Source: Phoronis australis (taxonomy: Eukaryota > Animalia > Phoronida). Taken from it: a DNA stretch of 64,000 bases. The notes under the pieces are model-generated. The model worked only from the letters and a program-made list of their open reading frames with translations, ran no database searches and was not told the origin of the DNA. Position numbers and translations under genes: made by a program. Of the stretch, positions 34,601 to 46,600 are shown piece after piece. Within the stretch, counting starts at the first letter, position 1; the number at the start of each line of letters is the position of its first letter. The stretch covers positions 62,001 through 126,000 of the forward strand of contig NMRA01000317.1 of the NCBI GenBank assembly GCA_002633005.1. The letters are read 5' to 3'.

Positions 34601-37600
34601 GATGATTGTGAAAATTGGTATGTATGTGCTTACTATAAAGAGGACAGTTGATGATGGTTTTCTGACGATTTCGACTACTGTGGCGCCTCCTAGTGGCAGT
34701 TTTGTTTTTGTTGCGCCTATGGCTGTATCTCTTAAACCGTTTGCAGGATCTTTACTTAATTTATCAAGTGTATTTATATGATGTTGACTACGGATGACAA
34801 CGACTTTCGGAAAGATCTGACTACTGCTGTGCCCCCAAGTGGCAATTTTAGTTTTTAAGTTTAACTCAGTATCTTCAAAGGTCCTCAACAGATTTTCATA
34901 AATTTTGAATATAGTCATCTATTGGTGTGATGACGCAATCTTCCTATTTTTGGATGGAATCGAGGTATTTTGCACCACGTAGTGGCCATTTTTGCTGTTT
35001 TCAAATCTTGTTTTTGGTGTCCACCCCTGTATCAACCAAATCATTTGAAAATTGGCATATATGTTCTCAGTGTGAAGACGACCTTTGATGATGGTGACTG
35101 ACTACTGTGGCGCCTCCTAGTGGTAGTTTTGTTCTGCGCCCATAGTTGTTTCTCCTAAGCCCACTGCAGGATCTTTACTTAATTTAGTAAGTGTATTTAT
35201 ATGAAGATAACAACAGACGACGACGACTTTCAGGTGCATCGGACGGACACTGTGCCCACTAGTGGCAATTTCATTTTATTCTGTTTTCCTTTGTTTCTCT
35301 GAAGTTCCTTGACAAATTTTTATGACATATGGAATGTATCTTTTTGCGCCATCTAGTGGCCATTTTTATGATACAAATAAATAACCCTAAAAGCACACCA
35401 TTTACAATGCATTCGTGGGCGCATTTCAACGCTACGCGTTGCTCTTGTTAGTGTTGAAATTGTTGACTGACGTAATTCTATGTAAAACCTAAGAACGGTA
35501 AAAATTCTCCAGTTTGGGATGGTGAAAAATTATCATTTTGCTCGAGGTCAGAGCTTGTACCAAATTTTAGAAATTGGCAATATAGGGCGTCCCAAATTCA
35601 AGCATTACAGTAAATGACAAATGATAACTAATAACATGAATGACAAGCTTGAGTTGGCAGCTATTTTGGACGATTTTACGCTATTGTCAAGTCTATTTTC
35701 AGGCTCTGTCCTTACAGAACACAGTAGTCTTAGAGTAACCACCCATAGTGTCCTCATAGGGGACCTAGAAATTCTTAGCAGTGTAAGATTTTTTGGTTGT
35801 TTCATGTTGAGGTGGCCCCCCTGAAGCATTTAAGCTGCGTTGTAATAATGACAACTTTGAGCATTTTTAAATATGCAAATTAAAGCTGCTCTTATATGCA
35901 AAACTCTGTTTTTGCTCTTAACTTCGTTCCCAGGTTCTGTAGGTAAATTATTTTGGTGTTTTTACTTTGTTTCCTAGGTCAGAGAGTTCAATGGAGCTAG
36001 TTTACAGGTGGATAAATCGTGACATTGCATAATTTTTGTGAGTTAAAACTGGCACTGTTCAAAAACCTACTTGTGCTTATAGCTTGCACAAAAACTCCAC
36101 AGGTAAATTATTCTGATATTTTCTCCCATGTTTCTATGGTCACTTAATTTAATTAAATCGGTGTGGAAGCCCTTGCGAGGTGATAAATTTCCATAATTTA
36201 TGCAAATAATGACCACCATTATCTGAACGTCTGTTTCTATTCGTGACGGCCTTAAGTCTCTTTCCCAAGAGGAAACGTGTCACAGGGGCGTTCTCAGCTG
36301 ATACATAATATCACAAGAATTGTTGTCAGGGTTCCATATCAGTTTGTTTTAAACCTTTGAAATCTTTTGACTTCTTTGTTTTGATACATGTTTCAACAGA
36401 TATAAACAAAAAATATGATTTTGAGATTACAGTTGCATTTTGCCCTGTGTTTAGCTGGCCAAAAACAAAGATCGAATTAGGAATTTTACTTTCAAAATAC
36501 TGGTCTCGTATATTGCTTACCATATGACAAGATTCCATTTCATTACCAACTTAAGTCACAGAGAATGTGTATATGTGCCATTGGTTGGGGCCGAGATGCA
36601 GCAGCCTAGTCACATTTGTGATGATGTGACAATGTAACTGACTAGATGCGCAGCAGCTAGAATGAGCAAACACAGCCATTGTCTTGATGACAAGTATCTT
36701 AACTTTCGAGAACAACTTTCCGACAATCAGGTGTTTGTTGAACTGATGAAAAAAGAAAATGACATTTTAAATATGCCAGGTTGTGTATCAGTTGTTGGCT
36801 GTGGAAATTTTCCAAGCAAGTCTTTAAAATTTGGCTTAATGCTGTAGTGGTGAAGGTGGAGGTATGTATGAATAACTCGACATTTTCTAAATTACCATTT
36901 TGTTTACTGTAACTTTTGAGTCTTGTTGAAAATTGTAAAATTTCTATTTTTGATAGCCCCTCATGCAAAAATGGATCCTTATGAAAACAATTTCTAAAAA
37001 CGTTTTGGAGAACATTGCACAAAGCATATTATCATACGAATCCGATCAGCTGTTTTTTTTTTTTGAGATAGGATGTTCCGAATTTTGTCAAATTTTGACA
37101 TTTTTCTAGTCAAGTACTACATAACCTTAAAAGGGTTTTGGTTTATCATGCTACCACAACAGGATAGTGTGATGTCAGTTATTTGCTATAGTAAAAATGA
37201 TTTTGGCACGGACAAAAAACTAACCACTGTAAAGTTTCAAAACATTTGAATAAAAATAATTGCAAACAATGACATTTTCCCATTTTCCAAAAGCTCACTT
37301 CATTGTGAAAATGGTCAAAATTTCACGTGTGTTTGTTGATGACGGCTGTATAATATAAAGTGTATGAATGATGAAGTAAAATTTTCTTCCTCTTTTGGCT
37401 TGTTCAAACTTCGTGAAAATAAAATTTCACTGTCCCGCCATAGTGTGTTGTAAATTAAAACAGCTTTTCTCTATATTGTGAAACTATTTACAAATCACTC
37501 GGTGAGGGTATTATGCAAAAACACGAATGCCACAGATTATATTAACTCTGCTAAACCATTGACCTGTCATTTATTAAAGTTGATATTTCAAGTTTGGCAA

Positions 37601-40600
37601 TACCTGTGGTTAATTGTGCAATATTTAGTAATAAAATATGGGTGTATAAACTTATGCTGGTGAGATAACAATGTTTTCTCATTACATACAAATCAGTTTA
37701 GTGTTTGATGTGTTGAATGCATTCAGAGTTCAAGGAAATGCTTTTTGCATTGTTTATTCAACATCAGTATGATAAAATCTCACAATTTCGTACAAAAATA
37801 ATTTCCAAAATTGTCCTTTAAAGTGTCTTTCAGTGTCAAAAGTAATATTCAGTTTTGTAGAATAAGGAAGTTAAGGCTGTTGAATCATAGATGACTCTCT
37901 GTTGAAGTTCCCGGATTCATTCTATCAGCGCAGTAAGATATGCATCCATTTGTTTGGAAATATTCTCTTGACCACTTGAGGCAACAATCATGAAATATGC
38001 AATGCAAACTGCAGTGACAGAACAGTAATGACATTAGTCTAATACAGTGCAGGCCAAAAGTATTTAGATAAAATGACCTGGACTTCACCTTTATGATGGC
38101 TGGCCTGAAGCCAAATCGTCTGGGTAATCTTCCCTCATGGCCAAGATTATGAAGGGGAATTAACTGGAAAGTTGATAAAATGGCCATAATAAGCTATTCT
38201 GCAATTATAGTTTCGTCCCCTATATCATTTTAATTAGCCACCATGACAGGAAAAAGTTTTTTGTGTGGCTGATTACTTTTGTCGTGTGCTTTGTATCCAT
38301 GTAACTATTATCTAGGAAATGCTTTCATCGTGACATCACAATGCTCCCTCAGTACAGTTACCTGAGTGCTTTTCATTCATGAGCCATAATTGTGAGAATG
38401 CCACCATTTGGCAGAATTTTTACTGCATTGACTCAAGTATGTGTTACTTGTTCACAGTCATAGCCCTGGAACAGTTTTGTCTAAGGTTTGCCTGATCATA
38501 TCTACCATGACTGAGGCACATTCTTCTGCATTATTTATACAGTAAAATCTCCCCACTTTCGCACAAAAATAATATCCAAAATTGTACTTTTTCATATTTC
38601 AAAGGCTTCTTGTATTGTTGTTCATGCCCACATTTTTTTCAAAATATTGTCTGTTGGTAAACAATGTTACAGAACTTGAATAAGACAAAGCATTAGTTCG
38701 GAACTATGTAATTGTTTATGAAAACATGAAAAAACAAAGTTTCAAGGATCCCCTATATTGTGTCCTAAATTGGTGAGATTTTAATGATTGACACATGAGT
38801 ACATTTTACATGACATTCACAAATCAGTTTTAATGAACTGTAGTCAGTGAAATTCAAGACATACAACTGACTTAGCGAACACAAGGCACAGGACCATTGA
38901 CAAAACAGTGTCCTGCATGGATATTGTTTTGGCTTAACTAAAGTGCACATTTCCATTATTATGTTTTTAAACACATTGTAAAAGCCATAACATGGGGGAT
39001 TGTCTGCAAAATCCGATTGATTGATCATCGGTGACACATTTTTCACCTTCCTTGAAAATTCTTCTACAACCATATTTTCTAGTTTAACTGCTTGCAGGTT
39101 CTGATGGCAAAGTTTTCTCCTAAGGCCCTTTCATATTGACTTAACTCCGGTCTGAGCGGAGCGTCGATGTAGACAGCGCAGTTAACTGGACTGTTCATAC
39201 TGGCTTCGGTAGTTAATGACCATCGAAGTAAAGGGTCGGTGACGCTGACGTCATCGAAGTTATCGCAAGGTAGCACTGCACGCTAAGATTTTTTTTCAAT
39301 GTGACAATTTGGGAACATTTAAATGTGCTTAATGACATTAAACTCATTTTTAAATCCATTGGTTATCATTAGAGCAAAAATAAGTAGTTATTAGTGACGG
39401 CACTACTCTGTAACTGTTGACGATAACAGTGGCACCTAGCAGTAACTTCGACTGGACCGGAGTTAAGCGTTCATACTGCACCGCAGCGTCGACGCTGCGG
39501 TCTTAAATCCACCTGTTAACTGCGATGTTAATTGGAGCTGTTAACTGCGATCCAGGACCGGAGTTAAGCGTTCATACTGACCACAACTCCCCAAACCATC
39601 GACGCGTCGACGTTAGTATGAAAGGCCCTCTAAGGCCAAAAGAAGACTTTGAGTTAAGCATCTTCTGTCTGGATCATTGCGTTTTGCCTAATCCAGTTAC
39701 ACACAGTAAACATCTGGGGTGTCATGTTTCCCTAGGAAGCAATTTACCAACAGAACACTTTAGGACTACTTTCCAATGAATGAATAAATCAGTAATGTGG
39801 ACCAGTAAGATTGTTCATTGTTTTAGTTTATAGGTTGTTTGAAGCAGGTACCTTTTTTAATTTTTACATGTAATTTAATCAGTTGTTGAGATTTTAAGGA
39901 ATTCAAGTTTGAAGCAGATACCTTTATTTTAAAATTGTCACGAGGAATGTAATCTTTGAGATTAAATCGAGTGCAGTTAAAGAGGGTTTGAGGAAAAGTT
40001 TAATTTTTAATTTTCAATCGCAACAGTGTAGCAAATAATAATCACGGGGGCTAAAATGGAACAAAGACAGAGTTTGCAATGCGTACTGCACTATTGAAAA
40101 AGTCTTTGGTAGTCAACATTGATACACCGAGACGAAATTTTGTTTTAGAGCTTTACACTAGTTTTTATTAGATAAGAGATCTAATGTATGATAAACTATT
40201 GGCAAATAAAATTGGTCTGCACGGTAGGCCTATGTGGAAGGAAAATTACTCATATTTTATAAATACTCATATTTTATAAAACACTCCTGTACATGACTTG
40301 TTGTGTCATAAAAAAATCACATGTAATCGTCTGTTGCCATAGATAATAATGTGGAATCATCTGACGTTTTGCCAGCAGATATTTGGCTAATTGCACACAC
40401 TTGTAAGGTCCCACCCACTTTTAAGTTATAGTTTACTGAAAATACACTATGGTGAATTCTCGCCTATCATTTGGACAAAAATGATTACTGAAATTGCTCT
40501 TTTTGTTATGAATGAACACATTTTTCAAAATATTATTTGATGGTAACTGCGGTAGAGATTAAACATCTTTCATAGAAAAAGTGAGAAAATACGATTTCAC

Positions 40601-43600
40601 GTGCTGTCGTAGTGTATCCTTTGTTGGTTAGAAGTTACCGTAGGCAACAGACAGAACCCATCATCTGTCCTTCAGGTCATCCTTGTCATAGATGTCCATC
40701 GTTTCTTTACAGTATCGTTGTCCACTCGCTGCCCAGTCAGGATGTCCAGGACAGCACTAGTCGACCCCAGCCTAAACTGACTGTTACACTACCCAGCGTT
40801 CCAACTCGGCTCAAGTTCACATGTAACAGGCTTATCGTGGGCACGGAAAATGGTACATTGGTTATTTACTCCAGAGCAAAAGGTAAATAATTACAGTAAA
40901 ATTTCCTTGAATTTGAACAAAATAATGGCCAAAATTGTCGTCATTTATTCTTCAAACGCTCATTACCAAAAACGAAAAAAATTCACCGTTTGTTTATGAC
41001 AGTCGTACTACGTAATGTTTTCAAGGTATCAAATCAAATGTCTTCTTGTTTCCTTTTGTAGTAAGCTTTGTTAAAACAAAATTTAATTGTTTTGCCATGT
41101 TGTGTTCCAATTTGAAGACATTTTATCGTATTGTAACCAACTTCCTCTGTCACATTCAAATGGTCACCTGATGGTACAAGGAGACAAAACATTGTGTCAT
41201 TCAAATCTTCAGTCCAGTAAAATGTCACCAGTTTAGGTCAGAAAGTTGTGGACAAGTGAAGTTTTATTTTACCACTTTGTCATAAATGATATACAGTACT
41301 ATAGTGACGCTTTGACATGTCTATATGTTCTGTATTGAAGCTATCAACAGAAAGTATTTTGAAAAATTGTTTGCATTTACAGCAATGTTAGAAGCCCTTG
41401 AAAATAGCTGTGAACAATTATTATTCTCAAATGTTGAGATTTTATCATACTTTCTTGGCCGGCCGCTAACATTTGACTGGGTTTAGAGAGCCACCAAGGT
41501 CTGGGGTCTATGCCCCAACATTTGACTGAGTTTAGTGAGCTACCGAGGCCTGCGGCCTATTCTTCTTACTCAAAGTCGAACTAGAAAGCATTTTTGACAT
41601 TTTCCCTTGTACTTAACTACCAACTCAAGGTAATTATCTATAATTATATGTCTAGATAATGGTTTACTTACAAATTCACACTTGAGGACTCTTAGATTCC
41701 AGTTAAAACTCCTGCATAACAGGATTTTACAATCATCCACATTATCTAGCATAGAATTTGAGTCAATTATCTTGAGTTCCTTTTAAACATGACTTATAAT
41801 TTGCAATTACAAATTACACGCCACTCACCCCTATCCGCCTGCAGATAGGGCATTACCATACCCTTTGTGTTTCTAGTGCAATACACCTAGTTTGGTAGAA
41901 ATAATTACAGGTGCAGTACTTTCTAACAAAGATTTTATACAGTACTCATGCCTGTCTAGGGACTACCTGGCACCATGCCGAGAATTGGCATACCTTAAAA
42001 ATCCAGCTGCTGTGTGGTGGTTTGGTAACAGTCCCAATTATATTGCACACCCACCAGAAATGGCAACATTATAGAAACATTTCTGGTGGTAAAAGTCACA
42101 TTTCTTGTCCAATTTTCAAAATTCAGAAACCTAAATCATGTGTACTTTTCATGAATTATTCAAATATGCTATTTACAAACTTTCAAAACGCAAATTTAAA
42201 AATACTATTGTCGCTCCCAATGTGTTTATGATGGATCTCATTATTTAGAGAACGATAACATCAGCAGCCAGAGGCGATTTAATTAATCACAAAAGCATGG
42301 TGCCTTTGATCTAAACCTGCAGATTTTGTTGTCCGCAATCTGGTCAAGTTGCCCAATGTCGACCGGTTAGGGTGTCAAACATAGGATTCTTTTCGTGACA
42401 GTTTATGCCTCTAAACCTCCTTACACGAATTTTTTGACTGCCAGTGTTTGCAAGGCCGCGATTGTGAACAGTTTGATTGTTTGTCCAGACTCCTGTTTCA
42501 TGTTAGCAATTTTCCACCCTTTGCTGTCCCTTTCAGTTCTCAAATCTGATAGTTTGCCCATACCAAGTATTGCTTGACATATACCAATATATTGGTTCCT
42601 AGCATACATTAAGGAACTAATTCTGTTCTGTTTTGATACCACCCTTTGTCCTTTCTTTCATAGAAATGTCCTTGTCAAACTATTTGTCTTGAGTTCTGTT
42701 GCAATGAAAAGGGCAAATATTGAAAATAGGCTATCAGTAACCATGTGATCTGCTTATGTATTGTTACCACTGATATATATCTTTGTTAAATTGTCGTATG
42801 AAATGTCATTTCCTTATGACTGTTTTTATTTAAGCAACAAATAGAATCTGGGTTACAAACTTGAAACTTTTGGCGCCACTGGTCCAGAAAACTTAAAATG
42901 TTTATATTTAATAATGTTACTCAAATTTCCTTATCTTCTTGTGTTGATTTTACCAATTGGAAAACTTTTTTTGGTTGCCTTTTAGTGCCAAGTATTTTTT
43001 TTTTTGCTGCAGATTCTTGTTTACTGTTGTGTATTACTTCTCAAGTTTTGTCTACTTCACTCAACTGAGACGTTCCCCTATTATGTATTTATCTCTGATA
43101 TTCGCTCAGTTTAGGTGGTTGCAAAAGTTGATTTGGGGAAAGTCTCAATACTTAAGTAACAATTTAAATCTTGCACTTCTTTCTTCTATTAATACCGTAA
43201 ACATTTGGGTTATCGCCTTTAGCGCTTTAAGCCTGTATTTCACTGAGTGGGCGCTTATCCCAGAGGTAGGCACTTTAATCGGAAATTTCAAGAAATTGGG
43301 GATGGGCGCTTATCCTAACATGGGTTCTTGACCTGTGCCAGGCAATGACCTGACCACCTATGGCCTTTAGAATTGAAGTACACAGATCCAAAGTTAAAAA
43401 ATTTGTCACAAAGCTAATTGCTAACACAAAAATTCAATCAGTGCTCTCTAATTGACACGTGTGTTCGAGTAGTAAGTTTACGAATTGAAAAAGGTGGAAA
43501 TACACATTTAAAGATACCTGCCAAAATTCTACTTGCCAATGTTTATGAATGTCATTTGAATCTTTGAAGATCCAAAGTTGGATAAGTCTAAATCCAAACT

Positions 43601-46600
43601 CCCTGCTTTTGTGCGCAGTTCGAATTTTGCTACAACTGCCAGAGTGGACGCTACATTGGAATTCTCAAAAATTTTCAAAAGCAGGAAGTGAATGCTTACG
43701 TGGGCATTAACTCGAATGTTTGCGGTGGTATATTACGAGCAATTGAAGAAAATCAACTTCTGTTTTTTTACAAGCAGTGGCGGATTAAATTCTCCCAGAT
43801 TCCATTTGGCAGTTCGGGGGTGCGAATGTCTGACAGGCAAAATCCTGGCTAACACTCTGCCCTGGCCCCCCTAACTCAAAATCCTGGATCCGCCTCTGAC
43901 AAGTGTGCCAAAACAAGGGTGATGTTTTCCCTGTTTAAATCATGACATCTGTTTGTTAGAAAATCACATCAGCTTGTGACTGGTCTATCAGTGAACTCTA
44001 CAGTATTCAAATCTGTGTTTGATTGATTATGTCCTAGGGTTTCACAGACAGCTGTGGCATGGTTTACAGTCAGTTCACTGTGTAAATTAACCCACATTTC
44101 TACTGTCAACTGATTAACGATGCCGTTTTTGCATTTTTTGAGCTACTTTCGATACATTTCATGAAGTACACAGGCATCCTTTATTCAAATGAGTCACTAA
44201 AACACTAACTTTAATTTTGTGGTCTGATTTTGTTCGCTTGTAGGAGGTTATAAATATCTAGATGTTTGCAGCTCAAGTGAATTGTTTGACTTAATAGGTG
44301 TTTGTACAGCGGAACAGTTGTCATGGTGCGAGTTGTCACGGTGCAACTTGCACCACATAAGTCACAATTGCATGGCATTAGATCACAAACTGGATCAGCA
44401 TGAGTCATTTACCCAAAGACTGTCTGTGCATGCTCGCATAGACAATAGCGAACGTCCCAACCATGTGGAATACCAGCGGATCACCTGTATATACGCTATT
44501 GCACAAGCGCATTGAAAGGTGATCCCTTTCCGCCCTGCCCCAGCTGTGTTTAGCCGTGTAGATGACACTGGAGCAACTGATCGAGTGCAACTGACTCAAC
44601 CTCTCAAACTAGTGTCAATAATGACCACCGCTGTGTCAGCTTGCTCTGTGTCAGTGGTGCTTACACACACACTTGCTCCCGATCAGCTGTTCCCTGTTAG
44701 TTACTCCTTGACAGATGTCTCCCGTCTAAATGCGGCTAATGTCAATGTAGACAGCCCTGGAAGTAGATTGTGTGGTGGTAATAAATGTGCCCATTTGAAT
44801 CTCTCTGTAGTCAGTTACTGCCAGTTTCCATGACAATAAAAAGTGCATCATGCCTGCAGGTGGTGTTCTAATTTCTGTGAACTTTGATTTGTTAGTCATA
44901 ACAATACTTCCCAAATAGCCTTAGTCAAATTAAAGTGTCAAAAGCTCCCCTGCTGTTTATTGAAATCCCCGAAGACTTCCAAAATAATCAAAGTTCAATG
45001 TCTCATAGTCTAAAATTTGATTAGATATCTTAATATCCATATTCAGAGCGGTACATTCCTCGTTTTCAAATACACACATGTATACTACTGTAATGTCTCA
45101 CCGAGTTGGCAACTCAATATGGCCGACAAGTAAAATCTTATTTTCCCATAATTCCATAGAAGATATGTTGCACCAAATAAGCACTTTTCCGTGTTCATGC
45201 CCTGTACCATAGTTACCAACAAACAATATTTTGACACACTGTGGACATTCATGTTAATGCTAGAAGCCCTTGAAAAAGATCAATTTTGGCAGTTATTTTT
45301 GTCTGAAATTGGTGAGAGTTTACCACAGGAATCTAGTTGGTCAGCAATAACTGTGACTTGACATGGTTGTATCGATGATAATTTCTCAAAGATATCAAGT
45401 GATGGTGAAAATTCTTAATTTTGGACAAAGATAATTAAATGCTAAAGTGGTATTTTCCTTATTTTTCAAAGGTTTATTATGTGGCAAATACTCAAAATTT
45501 TATCATAATTTTAATGTTGGATGACACCATACAAACCATGTTTTAAAAGGATATACTTTTCCAATGTTTATTTTTTTGAAATTAAACAAGAAATCCACTT
45601 TTCTGCCATATTGTAGCCTTGGCTAGAGAATGTTTAGCGTGTCCGTATTCAGACTCAACACTGTCCACTGACATTTCATACTTATAATAAAGCTCACCTT
45701 CTTTGAATCGAAGGGTTTGTGTAAACTTCTTTTAAATATCCTACTATGCCTTTGCTTGTATTTTTCTTGCGTAACACACCATCCTAGTGGGTTTAGGATA
45801 CAGAAATCATTGGTAGTTCTGTTGTATTTGCCCGATTTTCGGTAAAAATTTTCCAATTTGGTACAGTCTTTAGAATTTGGGACACTGAAATTCCCACAAA
45901 AACTGAATTTTCTTGATTCTGGAATTTGGGACGAAGGAGATTTTGTCATTCACATTATTTCTCAAATTTCAGACAAAATGTTTTTAATCTACAGAATGGG
46001 TAATTTTCCTGTCTTTCCAGTGGTTCTTGAACTTGTGACGGCCAATATTGTTTTTTTTAGAATTTGGGATGTGCTACGCCCTGGAGCAAAATAATTAATT
46101 TTTCGCTGTTCCAAATTGGAGAATTTTTACCGTAATCACCCATGGTTGTGAATTTATTGATCTTTGTTCTTATTCCATTCATTATTTCCAGACGGAGGCT
46201 GGAAGATAAACGAGTCGCGTCTGTTTACACTGGGTAGCGAGCCAGTCACGTGCTTGCTCCCGATTGGTGAAGATATCTTTGCTAGCTGTGGAAATGTAGT
46301 TCATGTGATCAGTTTGAAGAATTCTGAATACAAAATGGTAAGAGTAAATTTGTGAAGTTAAGAATACGTTTTATCATTTTTGGTATTTAAAGCTACATGT
46401 CGCCAGTTGTAGCTGGCTAAAAACAAGAATTAAAGTGTCGCTCGGAATATTCCCTTACAATGATAGGATTTCATTTCCGTTACCAGTTCAAGACACGGGG
46501 AGTGCCTATATGCACCATTTTCAAATAAGCAATTTAAGAGTTGGCCAATCAATGAGATTTATATAACCTTGAAACATAATCAAATGACTGCATGAAATTG

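Noticed and set aside
44211-44914. Cluster of overlapping 60-100-aa ORFs in a slightly GC-richer patch
   Set aside because: No domain similarity, and exons 19 and 20 join without it; may be regulatory but nothing specific supports that.
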